A stretch of DNA of 64,000 nt from Candidatus Cloacimonadota bacterium (GTDB lineage: Bacteria; Cloacimonadota; Cloacimonadia; Cloacimonadales; JAFGVF01): assembly GCA_016838885.1 (NCBI GenBank), contig JAEKNW010000151.1:3024-67023 (forward strand). The letters are read 5' to 3'. Shown in pieces: positions 10,065 through 19,126 of this stretch (the stretch's first letter is position 1; each line of letters opens with the position of its first letter). The position numbers and the translations under genes are program-made. The notes below the pieces were generated by a model. The model was not told the DNA's origin. It did not search any database and saw only the letters and a program-made list of their open reading frames with translations.

Positions 10065-10457
10065 ATGCCATTACTAATTGTAACACCTGAAGAGATTACC
10101 GAAAGACTTAATAAATTCCCTAATATCCCTCAGATTATTAAGAATTATTCAATAAAAGAAAATAGCTTTCGGGTTGAAATGAAAATTGATAAAATCCCCA
10201 TGGATATAAAGATTAATCTAAAATTCGATTCCTATAGTGCTGGGATGATTTTTTTCTCCTATTCCTGTAATATCCCTAAAATATTCTTTAACATGCTCAA
10301 AGGGGTTATCAAAGATCGGACCAAAGAAATCATATCTATCGAAGATGATTTCATTAAAATGAATGCAGACCAACTAATCCTAAATACTAAAATTGGTTTC
10401 CAAATTAAGAATATCAACTTCGAACATGGATTCTATAAAATAGATTTTTCTCTCTAA
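10065..10457 (+). CDS. hypothetical protein
   Basis: 130-aa ORF in gene-dense + strand context with a GAGGA RBS. No motif recognised. Confidence 0.4.
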   Translation: MPLLIVTPEEITERLNKFPNIPQIIKNYSIKENSFRVEMKIDKIPMDIKINLKFDSYSAGMIFFSYSCNIPKIFFNMLKGVIKDRTKEIISIEDDFIKMNADQLILNTKIGFQIKNINFEHGFYKIDFSL

Positions 10458-10591
10458 TTATTGTATGAGAATAATAAATTGCTCTTTATAGTTTTCATAA
10501 ACAAGGGGAATGTCTAGAGCTGTCTCCTTTCTTCCCTTAGTTAATCACAAAGCTTCTCTCATATCGAGTAGGGCATAATTATAGCAAATTA

Positions 10592-10614
10592 AACCCAAAT
10601 AATGCATTCGGGTT
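10592..10614. repeat. minimal copy of the AACCC...GGGTT inverted-repeat element family
   Basis: aacccaaataatgcattcgggtt: left and right family termini fused into one short hairpin. Ends 17 nt before the ATG at 10632. Confidence 0.7.
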
Positions 10615-10631
10615 AAAATGGAGATTAAATC

Positions 10632-11321
10632 ATGCGAATTAGTGGAGTCCAGAAGTTTTCAATGATAGATTTTAATGACAAGTTATGTGCTGTAATATTC
10701 ACCCAGGGCTGTAATCTTCAGTGTCCATATTGTCATAACCCAGAGCTAGTTCCGATGTTAAGTAATAAGCCTTTGATCCCAACAGATGATATTTTAGACT
10801 TTTTGAGAAGTAGAATGGGTAAGCTTGATGCTGTGGCAATAACTGGTGGAGAACCTCTTTTGCAGAAGAATCTAATCCCTTTTTTACAAGAGATTAAGCA
10901 TATGGGTTACTTGATAAAAATAGATACAAATGGATTGCTGTATCATAAGTTAAGTCAAATTATTGAGAGTGGGTTACTTGATTATTTAGCCATGGATATT
11001 AAGGCTTCACTCTCAAGTTATGAAAAAGTTGTAAAAGTTAAGATAGATGAATCAAGTTTATTGAAAAGTATTGAGTTAATAAAGAATTCAGGGATTGAGC
11101 ATGAGTTTAGAACAACTGTTGTAGAAGGACTTATCACTGAAGCTGATATTTATGATATAGGAGATTTAGTAGGAGGGAGCAATTATTTTATCCAGAATTT
11201 CACCAAATCTCATCATTTAGATGAAGCTTATGAAAATCAAATCGGTTTTAGTAAAGAAAAATTGAAGAGAATAACTTTAAATCTACAAAGCAAAGGGATT
11301 AGAGTAAATTTAAGGAGTTAG
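10632..11321 (+). CDS. radical-SAM activating enzyme, anaerobic ribonucleotide reductase activase (NrdG)-like
   Basis: 229 aa. GCNLQCPYCHNPE CxxxCxxC cluster near the N-terminus and GGEPLLQ, as in NrdG/PflA-type activases. No nrdD nearby. Confidence 0.78.
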   Translation: MRISGVQKFSMIDFNDKLCAVIFTQGCNLQCPYCHNPELVPMLSNKPLIPTDDILDFLRSRMGKLDAVAITGGEPLLQKNLIPFLQEIKHMGYLIKIDTNGLLYHKLSQIIESGLLDYLAMDIKASLSSYEKVVKVKIDESSLLKSIELIKNSGIEHEFRTTVVEGLITEADIYDIGDLVGGSNYFIQNFTKSHHLDEAYENQIGFSKEKLKRITLNLQSKGIRVNLRS

Positions 11322-11322
11322 T

Positions 11323-11628
11323 TTGAAGCAAGTTTCACAAGTAATTATTGAGATTATCAAAGCGATTCCACCAGGTAAAATATTGACTTATGGAGAGATT
11401 GCCAGACGGGCAGGCACTCCTGCAACTGCAAGATTAGTGAGTTATCTACTTCATAGCAGCTCTGAAAAATATTGCCTCCCTTGGCATCGCGTTATTAATT
11501 CTAAAGGTCAAATTTCTTTAACTGGTATGGCTGGTGAAGAGCAAAAGCAGAAGCTTCTATCTGAGGGCATTAAAATTCATTCCGGGAAGATTGACCTAGA
11601 AAAATACACCTATCAAGGACAATTATAA
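11323..11628 (+). CDS. alkyltransferase-like (ATL) protein, MGMT DNA-binding domain without the acceptor cysteine
   Basis: 101 aa. TTG start with AAGGAG RBS. ILTYGEIA...LPWHRVINSKG: PWHRV replaces the PCHRV active site, as in YbaZ/Atl1. Confidence 0.75.
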   Translation: MKQVSQVIIEIIKAIPPGKILTYGEIARRAGTPATARLVSYLLHSSSEKYCLPWHRVINSKGQISLTGMAGEEQKQKLLSEGIKIHSGKIDLEKYTYQGQL

Positions 11629-11689
11629 TTGACAAGATTTTAGTTCTGTAATAAAAGTGATTAATAAACTAGGAAAGGAGTAAAAGGAT

Positions 11690-12268
11690 ATGAATTTTCT
11701 CTTATCATTGATTTTTTTACCTTTAAATTTGCTCTTTGGAGCATCTATTATCTGGTTAATCAGATGGCTCTTATTCAATAAGAAACAGAGATATATTTTT
11801 AAGAAAAAGAATATCTTAACTCCCGGATTGATTATAAAAGGGAAAAGTTATGCTTTAGGTAAAGTTCGGAATACAGTTAAAGAGTACTTTGATCAGGTTG
11901 ATGATTTTGAATCTCATCAGGGTTATATCTATAACTGGGAAAAGAAGGTTTACCAGAAAGTATATGATGCTACTGAGTTTATAGATAATGCCCGTTATAT
12001 TCCTACCAGTGTAGCTGATTGGTTGAGGCATGCGATCGCATTTATTGCTAAAGACTTATCATCCCGTTTTTTAAGAACCTTCATACCTTACCTTTATGAA
12101 TATTATGAAGTAAATAATAAAATCGATATGATAGCGGATAAGATTGATTTAGTTATGATTGAGAGTTATTATAACCAATACTGTCATAAATTCCTGATGT
12201 ACTTTAACTTATTCATATTCTTCTTAGCAGGAATTTTAAATCAGATTCTTTTCCTAATCTTAGTCTAA
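11690..12268 (+). CDS. membrane protein of unknown function
   Basis: 192 aa with hydrophobic N- and C-terminal segments and an AAGGAG RBS. The stop TAA overlaps the first bases of repeat 12267..12380. Confidence 0.45.
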   Translation: MNFLLSLIFLPLNLLFGASIIWLIRWLLFNKKQRYIFKKKNILTPGLIIKGKSYALGKVRNTVKEYFDQVDDFESHQGYIYNWEKKVYQKVYDATEFIDNARYIPTSVADWLRHAIAFIAKDLSSRFLRTFIPYLYEYYEVNNKIDMIADKIDLVMIESYYNQYCHKFLMYFNLFIFFLAGILNQILFLILV

Positions 12269-12380
12269 CCCAAATAATGCAGTAGATCTTTGAGAATAGC
12301 ACTATATTCTTTTGCATTCTTCACCTGTGATACGTAGCTTTAACGAAGTATTACTAAAGCCCTACTGCACCATTCGGGTT
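12267..12380. repeat. 114-nt copy of the AACCC...GGGTT inverted-repeat element family
   Basis: Starts aacccaaataatgcagtagatctttgag and ends ctactgcaccattcgggtt. The interior matches the two flanks of the 226-nt copy at 47456 with the middle deleted. Confidence 0.85.
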
Positions 12381-12398
12381 AAAAAAAAGGAGTTCAAT

Positions 12399-13148
12399 AT
12401 GGCTAGTGATGTAATTGATTATAGAATATTAGGAGATGACTTCCAAGCAGTGGAAATTGAGTTAGACCCTGGTGAAGGAGTCAGAGCAGAAGTAGGTGCA
12501 ATGCTCTTTATGGAAGATGATATCCAAATGGATACTTCAACCGGAGGTGGACTATTTAGTGGATTTAAAAGAATGGTTTCTGGTGAAAGTTTCTTCATTA
12601 CGACCTTCTTGAATCAAGGAAGATTTAAAAGAAAAGTTCTCTTCTCAGCCCCTTATCCTGGAAGAATTATGCCTATAAACTTAACTACTTTTGGAGGAGA
12701 ATTCTTTTGTCAAAAAGATGCCTATCTCTGTTCAGCCAAGGGTATTGATGTAACTATTGCTTTTACTAAGAAATTTGGGGCAGGACTCTTTGGTGGAGAA
12801 GGCTTTATTTTACAAAAATTAACCGGTGATGGTCTAGCTTTTATTCATGCTGGTGGGACAATAATTAAGCGGGATTTAGCCCCAATGGAAAGATTACGCG
12901 TCGATACCGGTTGTTTAGTCGGTTTTGAAAAAAGTGTAGATTATGATATCCAATTCGTAGGAGGCTTCAAAAATGCTCTCTTTGGTGGAGAAGGATTATT
13001 CTTAACAACTCTAACAGGCCCAGGAACTGTTTATCTTCAATCTCTTCCTTTCTCTCGAATTTCAGATAGAATCCTCAGAGCTGCCGGTTCTAATAAAGGC
13101 GAAGTAAAAAGAGGCGGACTTCTTTCTACTATTCTCTCAGGAGATTAA
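12399..13148 (+). CDS. TIGR00266 / AIM24-like family protein
   Basis: MASDVIDYRILGDDFQAVEIELDPGE..., repeated GGEG(F/L) strings. ATG at 12399 has a GGAG RBS. The listed start 12312 lies inside the repeat. Confidence 0.75.
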   Translation: MASDVIDYRILGDDFQAVEIELDPGEGVRAEVGAMLFMEDDIQMDTSTGGGLFSGFKRMVSGESFFITTFLNQGRFKRKVLFSAPYPGRIMPINLTTFGGEFFCQKDAYLCSAKGIDVTIAFTKKFGAGLFGGEGFILQKLTGDGLAFIHAGGTIIKRDLAPMERLRVDTGCLVGFEKSVDYDIQFVGGFKNALFGGEGLFLTTLTGPGTVYLQSLPFSRISDRILRAAGSNKGEVKRGGLLSTILSGD

Positions 13149-13151
13149 TAT

Positions 13152-13901
13152 ATGAAGGTAATGGACCCGAAAACTCTCAAGTATGATGACAAACTTCTGA
13201 AAGCTAATCGTGAGTTAATGATGGAAGTTTATCGAAACATTTTTTTTGCTAAAAAGAAAGTGAATGTCTTTAAAAAACTTATTAAATCATTTCAAAGTTT
13301 AGAGAAAATTACGAAGCTGAAGAATGCTCAGCATGAGGCTATTAATCAAAAAGAGGCCGATAGATATTGTAAAAATCTTGGAAAAGCCTATGATTATATC
13401 TTAGATAAAATCAAAAATAAAGAACAGTTTGAGGGTCATTCAGATATTATTACCCTTCATGGATTTGTTGATCCGGAAAGCTTTTCTAGAAACCCCAGTG
13501 GCTATAGAAAAAAGGATGTGAAATTTGGTGATTTCATGCCCCCAGACCCTGGAGTCTTGTATTCTTTAATGGATAACTTAATCTATAACACTAATAAAAT
13601 AAAACTTCCCCAGATAAAAGGAATTTATTTTCATCATGAATTTGTAAGAATTCATCCCTTTGTCGACGGAAATGGCAGAACTGCCAGAATGGTAAAAAAC
13701 TGGATTTTGATGTATGAACTTTATCCACCTGTTTTTATTGATACACCTGAAGATAAGTTAAATTATATTGATGTTTTGGAAAGAAGCTTTAAAGGCTTCT
13801 TCGATAACCCTTTTGATGCTAACTCTGCCACCGAAGAATTTGCCAATCAAGAATTGATGAGAATTAATCAGAGTATTAAGTACTTATTGAATGATATTTG
13901 A
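13152..13901 (+). CDS. Fic-family protein (AMPylase/phosphocholine-transferase fold)
   Basis: Canonical Fic motif HPFVDGNGRTAR. Starts 3 nt after the preceding stop. Confidence 0.85.
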   Translation: MKVMDPKTLKYDDKLLKANRELMMEVYRNIFFAKKKVNVFKKLIKSFQSLEKITKLKNAQHEAINQKEADRYCKNLGKAYDYILDKIKNKEQFEGHSDIITLHGFVDPESFSRNPSGYRKKDVKFGDFMPPDPGVLYSLMDNLIYNTNKIKLPQIKGIYFHHEFVRIHPFVDGNGRTARMVKNWILMYELYPPVFIDTPEDKLNYIDVLERSFKGFFDNPFDANSATEEFANQELMRINQSIKYLLNDI

Positions 13902-13913
13902 TTTTTGTTTAAG

Positions 13914-14088
13914 GTTGATTTGTTTATTTGTTGAACCGTTGATTTGTTTATTTGTTGAACCGTTGATTTGTTTAATTGTTTAATTGATAAGAAGAAGGTT
14001 GAATTGTTGAACCGTTGATTTGTTTAATTGTTTAATTGATAAGAAGAAGGTTGAATTGTTGAACCGTTGATTTGTTTAATTGTTTAAC
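13914..14088 (+). repeat. perfect tandem-repeat array (24-nt unit x2, 52-nt unit x2, plus a partial unit)
   Basis: gttgatttgtttatttgttgaacc at 13914 and 13938. gttgatttgtttaattgtttaattgataagaagaaggttgaattgttgaacc at 13962 and 14014. Partial fifth unit from 14066. Confidence 0.9.
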
Positions 14089-14104
14089 TGAGAAAGAGGG
14101 AGCT

Positions 14105-15700
14105 ATGAGAAAATTTATTTATAATGCAAAAGTATATACTATGGACACTTCTAATCTAATCTCAGAAGCTGTTCTTATTAAAAATGATAAGATTGAAAAA
14201 GTTGGAAGCAAAAAAGAGTTAGATGCCTATCTAAACCAAAACAAAATTGAAGATGTTGAAAAGATAGATTTGCAAGAAAAAGTCTTACTCCCAGGTTTTA
14301 TTGACACTCATACTCACTTCTTTGAGCTTGCTAAAACAAAAATTGCTGTTGATTTATCACCTGCTAAATCATTAGAAGATGTAAAAAAGATTTTAGTAGA
14401 ATTTAAGAAAAATATGCCGGCTAAGCTACAGTGGGTAGGCGGGAGCGGTTGGAATAAAAACATCTATCCTTACTTGGAGGGATTTAATAAGTACTTCCTA
14501 GATGAGATCTTTCCTGATATACCAGTATCCTTAGAGAGTAAAGACTTCCATTCTAAATGGTGCAACTCCCTAGCTCTTGAGAAAGCTGCTATTACAAAAG
14601 ATACTCCTGACCCTGTGGGAGGTTCTTTAGGTAGATTTGAAAATGGGGAGCCAAACGGATTTACTCACGAGAAAGCTTGGGAATTAATAGATAAAGTTAC
14701 TCCACCTTATCCCTTAGATTTAGCTCTAAAAGCAATTAAAATGACTATCGATGATTGCTATGCTATGGGACTTACCGGGGTGCATGTTATGGAAACTGAA
14801 GATAAGTTTGAATACTATACTCAAGTTATAGAGTCAGGCACTAAGTTTCGCTTTTGCTGGCACTTCCCACAAGCAATAGTTGATAAAATGATTAAGAAGA
14901 AAATCACCTCCTATTCAGGAACAGAATCTCTTAAAATCGGTGGTCAGAAGATCTTCATGGATGGTGCCCTAGGTTCTCAAACAGCACTTATGTACGAGCC
15001 TTATGCCGGTACTGATAACTATGGGACATCTATCTATACTGAAGATGAGCTTCAAGCTATGATTACCAAGGCTGCTCAACATAAAATATCTTCTTCTATT
15101 CATGCTATTGGTGATAAGTGCTGCCATCAAGTCATCTCAACTATTGAAAAGTGTAGACAATTTGACACATCTCTCAGGCATAGGATTGAACATCTGCAAT
15201 GTGTTAGACCTTCTGACTATCAAGCAATTAAGGATAACAATATCTATATTGCTTTGCAACCAATTCACCTGAGATATGACATAGATTCAATTCAAAAATA
15301 TACTCCGTCTGCAGCTAATTTCACTTATAGTTTTAAAGATTTGATAGATATGGGGATAGATTGTGGTTTTGGTTCAGATGCTCCTGTAGAGATTATTAAT
15401 CCCTTTCAAGGTATTTACGCCGCTATCCAAAGAAAAGCTATGAATGACCCTTCTAAGCCTAGCTGGCGACCAGACCAAACTATCTCAACCCTCGATGCAT
15501 TAAAAGGTTATACAAGTTGGGCAGCTCAAGCTTCTGTATCAGAGTATATCAGAGGTCAAATTAAAGCAGGTTATTTAGCAGACTTGATAGTTATTGAAGA
15601 TTTCTCTCATGCTCAACCTGAGTTCTGGCTTACTGCAAAATCGCTATTAACTATTATAGATGGAGAAGTGGTTTATCAAGATGAAGAATTTACTTACTAA
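14105..15700 (+). CDS. metal-dependent amidohydrolase (Amidohydro_3 / YtcJ-like)
   Basis: PGFIDTHTHF metal-binding motif and about 530 aa length. ATG 14105 has an AGAGGGA RBS. The listed TTG start 14072 lies in the tandem repeat. Confidence 0.8.
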   Translation: MRKFIYNAKVYTMDTSNLISEAVLIKNDKIEKVGSKKELDAYLNQNKIEDVEKIDLQEKVLLPGFIDTHTHFFELAKTKIAVDLSPAKSLEDVKKILVEFKKNMPAKLQWVGGSGWNKNIYPYLEGFNKYFLDEIFPDIPVSLESKDFHSKWCNSLALEKAAITKDTPDPVGGSLGRFENGEPNGFTHEKAWELIDKVTPPYPLDLALKAIKMTIDDCYAMGLTGVHVMETEDKFEYYTQVIESGTKFRFCWHFPQAIVDKMIKKKITSYSGTESLKIGGQKIFMDGALGSQTALMYEPYAGTDNYGTSIYTEDELQAMITKAAQHKISSSIHAIGDKCCHQVISTIEKCRQFDTSLRHRIEHLQCVRPSDYQAIKDNNIYIALQPIHLRYDIDSIQKYTPSAANFTYSFKDLIDMGIDCGFGSDAPVEIINPFQGIYAAIQRKAMNDPSKPSWRPDQTISTLDALKGYTSWAAQASVSEYIRGQIKAGYLADLIVIEDFSHAQPEFWLTAKSLLTIIDGEVVYQDEEFTY

Positions 15701-16328
15701 ACTAAAAAAATCTTTAATCGCTTATCACCCGGAAGTCATAAACTATGAAGAGTTTAAACATTCTGCTATTTTTCTTCCCCTTATCAATGTCCAAGGTCAA
15801 TGTTCTCTCCTTTTTGAAAAGAGAGCAAATAATATTCCTCAAGCCGGAGAAATCTGCTTTCCTGGTGGAAGAGTTGAAGCTAATGAAGTTCAAAACCCTT
15901 TAATTACCGCAATACGCGAGACATCAGAAGAGTTAGGGATCAGTGTAGATAAAATATCTCTAATCAGCAGATTGCCCCGCTTAATTACTCCTGACGGCAA
16001 GCTTATAGATGCCTTCATCGGAAAAATAGAAAAAGTAGATTTCTCAGAACTCTTGATTAATCATGATGAAGTTGAGAAAGTTTTTACACTTCCTCTATCT
16101 GACCTAAAAACACTCAAGTTCGAACATTATCAGATTCATTCGACCAATTACTCAGGAACTTCATCTTCAGAACCTAATATTCTTCCTGTGGAGAAATTAG
16201 GACTTCCCCTTAGATATCAAGGCTCTTGGGGTAAGAAAAGTTATAGTGTTTATTACACTGAATGGCAAAATGAGAAAATCTGGGGATTGACAGCAAGATA
16301 CCTTAAATACTTAAAAGATATGCTCTAG
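15660..16328 (+). CDS. NUDIX hydrolase, CoA-pyrophosphatase-like
   Basis: Nudix box GGRVEANEVQNPLITAIRETSEELGI preceded by GEICFPGG, resembling the CoA pyrophosphatase signature. The start is uncertain (15660 or 15681); both overlap the upstream gene. Confidence 0.72.
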   Translation: MEKWFIKMKNLLTKLKKSLIAYHPEVINYEEFKHSAIFLPLINVQGQCSLLFEKRANNIPQAGEICFPGGRVEANEVQNPLITAIRETSEELGISVDKISLISRLPRLITPDGKLIDAFIGKIEKVDFSELLINHDEVEKVFTLPLSDLKTLKFEHYQIHSTNYSGTSSSEPNILPVEKLGLPLRYQGSWGKKSYSVYYTEWQNEKIWGLTARYLKYLKDML

Positions 16329-16453
16329 ATGGAACAGCAATCTCAACATCTTTGCTATCTAAGCTTTTTCACCCAGCACTCATTACCCTTAACTCATCAC
16401 TCAAAACCATATTATCTAAAAGAGTTAATTTTTTAATAATCACAAAAAACTTA

Positions 16454-16481
16454 TTGACATCATCAAAGAACATAATATAAT
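16454..16481 (+). promoter_or_regulatory. sigma70-type promoter upstream of hppA
   Basis: TTGACA (16454-16459), 16-nt spacer, TATAAT (16476-16481). About 125 nt upstream of the ATG. Confidence 0.55.
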
Positions 16482-16607
16482 TTGTTTATAGATGAGTGAT
16501 TAATCTGATTAGTTGCCCATTTTTTTCAAGAAAATTTCCTTAAAAGCATAGCACCACAGTAAGATAAACTATGTGATTAAGAAAATAATAATATTTTAGG
16601 AGTAAAT

Positions 16608-19013
16608 ATGAATCTACCATGGTATTGGTTTATTGCCCCATTTGGTTCAATACTAGCACTTATTTTCGCTTTTATTTTTTACAGAGAGGTAAAAAAACAG
16701 GATCCCGGCAATGATAGAATGCAGGAAATAGCAGGTTATATTAGAGAGGGAGCTTATGCTTATCTAAAGCAACAATATATTGGAGTAAGTATCTTCTTTT
16801 TAATTGGTTTTCTAATTTTTAATCTTATGGCCTGGGGCTTAAATATCCTAAACACATGGGTTCCAATTGCATTTGTAACTGGAGGTTTTTTCAGTGGTTT
16901 AGCAGGATTCATTGGAATGAAAACTGCTACAATGGCCTCTTCAAGAACAGCTCAAGCTTGTAGTAAAAGTCTTAATAAAGGTCTTAAAGTAGCCTTCCGT
17001 GCAGGTTCTGTTATGGGCTTGGTGGTTGTTGGGTTGGCTTTAATCTTTATTTCAGCTTGGTTTTATTTCCTAACAAAGATAGGAATGGAGCTACACCAAA
17101 TAACTGTTGTGATGCTTTCCTTTGGGATGGGTGCTTCAACTCAAGCTCTTTTTGCTCGGCTTGGTGGAGGTATTTACACTAAAGCTGCCGATGTTGGAGC
17201 TGATTTAGTGGGAAAAGTTGAAGAAGGTATTCCTGAAGATGACCCACGTAACCCAGCTACTATTGCTGATAATGTTGGTGATAATGTGGGAGATGTTGCT
17301 GGAATGGGAGCTGACTTGTATGAATCTTATGTAGGTTCAATCTTGGCGACTTCAGCCTTAGGTATGGCAGCAGTTATTCAATTTGGGGCCGAATTTCAAG
17401 CTCTATGGGGCTTAAACTTCGTTATCGCACCCATGATTTTAGCAGGAATCGGAGCAATTCTCTCTATTCTTGGTATCTACATGGTATCTACTAAAGATAA
17501 TGCCACAAGTAAAGATTTAATGTTTGCTTTAAATAAAAGTGTTTATATCAGCTCAGCTTTGATAGCGATTGCCTCTTTCTTTATCTGTAAATATTTACTT
17601 CATCCTTCCATCTATCTAGGGGTCTTTATTGCTAGTATAACAGGACTTATTGCCGGTATCTTGATAGGCTATTCAACTGAAAGATATACATCAGATTCTT
17701 ATGCTCCGACTCAAGGAATCTCCAAGCAAGGGGAATACGGTCCTGCAACAGTAATTATCGATGGTTTAGCTGTTGGGATGAAATCTACTGCAGCGCCTGT
17801 TATCATAATTGCTACTGCTATTTTAATTGCTTTTAGTGCCAGCGGTGGTTGGGCAAGTATTGAATTGGGCCTCTATGGAATCGGTTTTGGAGCAGTTGGG
17901 ATGCTTGCTACTTTAGGTGTTACTTTAGCTATGGATGCCTTTGGTCCTATTGCTGATAATGCTGGGGGTAATGCAGAGATGTCAGCTCTTCCTGAAATAG
18001 TCAGAAGCAGAACAGATGCTCTTGATGCTGTTGGGAATACAACTGCTGCCACAGGTAAAGGTTTTGCTATAGGTTCGGCAGCCTTGACTGCTATGGCCCT
18101 GCTAGCAGCCTATATTGAAGAGATACGAATCTCTTTAATGCGCGTAGATCCACAACAACTAATTAATGGACTAAGCTTGAGAGTTGCAAGTGTCTCAGAT
18201 TTCATGACCCACTACAATGTCAATCTTATGAATCCCAAACTTTTAGCTGGAGCCTTTATTGGCTCAATGATAGCCTTCCTTTTCGCTGCTTATACCATAA
18301 AAGCTGTTGGAAATGCAGCAGGAGATATGGTAGCAGAAGTTCGCAGACAATTCAAAGAAATCCCCGGTATCTTAGAGGGAAAGACAACTCCTGATTATAA
18401 GAGATGTGTCTTAATCTCTACCAAAGGGGCTCAACGAGAAATGGTAAGACCTGCTATGTTAGCCCTGATTACTCCAATTATTGTTGGGTTAATTTTAGGT
18501 ATTCCCGGAGTTTTAGGACTTTTAGTAGGAACATTAATTTCAGGGTTAGTTTTAGCAATTCTTATGAATAACTCCGGTGGTGCGTGGGATAATGCGAAAA
18601 AGTTCATCGAAACAGGTCAATTTGGTGGTAAGAATTCAACTGCTCATAAAGCTTCCATAGTTGGAGACACTGTAGGAGACCCACTTAAAGATACAGCAGG
18701 TCCATCTTTGAATATCCTGATAAAGTTAATGAGTATAGTCTCTATTATTTTTGCAGGGCTAATCATCACCTACTCACCTTATATTGAAAGACTTTATGAT
18801 CAAGGCTCTTTTGAACTGAATCAGATGCTTATGCTTAATAATGCCAAGGAAGAAACTATGAAAGATTTGAAAGAGTGGGATCAAGAATATCAAAATAAAA
18901 AAAATCAAAAGAATAATGTGGAGTCTACATCTTCTGTAGATTCAGAAAATTCTGCTGCTGATGATTTAGTTATATCAGACCAAAAGGATATTCAGAATAT
19001 TGAAGCTGACTGA
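16608..19013 (+). CDS. hppA: membrane-bound ion-translocating pyrophosphatase (K+-dependent type) with C-terminal extension
   Basis: 801 aa multi-TM protein. [37 protein letters not shown] (Ala at the K+-dependence position). Confidence 0.92.
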   Translation: MNLPWYWFIAPFGSILALIFAFIFYREVKKQDPGNDRMQEIAGYIREGAYAYLKQQYIGVSIFFLIGFLIFNLMAWGLNILNTWVPIAFVTGGFFSGLAGFIGMKTATMASSRTAQACSKSLNKGLKVAFRAGSVMGLVVVGLALIFISAWFYFLTKIGMELHQITVVMLSFGMGASTQALFARLGGGIYTKAADVGADLVGKVEEGIPEDDPRNPATIADNVGDNVGDVAGMGADLYESYVGSILATSALGMAAVIQFGAEFQALWGLNFVIAPMILAGIGAILSILGIYMVSTKDNATSKDLMFALNKSVYISSALIAIASFFICKYLLHPSIYLGVFIASITGLIAGILIGYSTERYTSDSYAPTQGISKQGEYGPATVIIDGLAVGMKSTAAPVIIIATAILIAFSASGGWASIELGLYGIGFGAVGMLATLGVTLAMDAFGPIADNAGGNAEMSALPEIVRSRTDALDAVGNTTAATGKGFAIGSAALTAMALLAAYIEEIRISLMRVDPQQLINGLSLRVASVSDFMTHYNVNLMNPKLLAGAFIGSMIAFLFAAYTIKAVGNAAGDMVAEVRRQFKEIPGILEGKTTPDYKRCVLISTKGAQREMVRPAMLALITPIIVGLILGIPGVLGLLVGTLISGLVLAILMNNSGGAWDNAKKFIETGQFGGKNSTAHKASIVGDTVGDPLKDTAGPSLNILIKLMSIVSIIFAGLIITYSPYIERLYDQGSFELNQMLMLNNAKEETMKDLKEWDQEYQNKKNQKNNVESTSSVDSENSAADDLVISDQKDIQNIEAD

Positions 19014-19063
19014 GATGAGACTGCTCAAATTAATTAGTTGATTAACACGAATTACTCTATTTA

Positions 19064-19111
19064 AACCCGAATAGTGCAATAGAACTTTAGGTAAGAGTGC
19101 ATCATTCGGGT
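19064..19111. repeat. 48-nt copy of the AACCC...GGGTT element family
   Basis: aacccgaatagtgcaatagaactttaggtaagagtgcatcattcgggt. Ends 15 nt before the ATG at 19127. Confidence 0.8.
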
Positions 19112-19126
19112 AAAAAAAGGATTTTT

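Noticed and set aside
12312-12398. N-terminal extension of the AIM24-like ORF (listed start 12312)
   Set aside because: The extra 29 codons are the read-through of repeat 12267-12380. ATG 12399 has a proper GGAG RBS and begins the conserved sequence.
13914-14088. Possible CRISPR array
   Set aside because: The units are directly abutting tandem repeats with no unique spacers, the repeats are AT-rich and non-palindromic, and there are no cas genes in the window.
14072-14104. TTG-initiated extension of the amidohydrolase ORF
   Set aside because: It lies in the last partial tandem-repeat unit. ATG 14105 has an AGAGGGA RBS.
19097-19126. N-terminal extension of the ABC exporter ORF (listed start 19097)
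   Set aside because: The extension lies inside repeat 19064-19111. ATG 19127 follows an A-run plus GGA.
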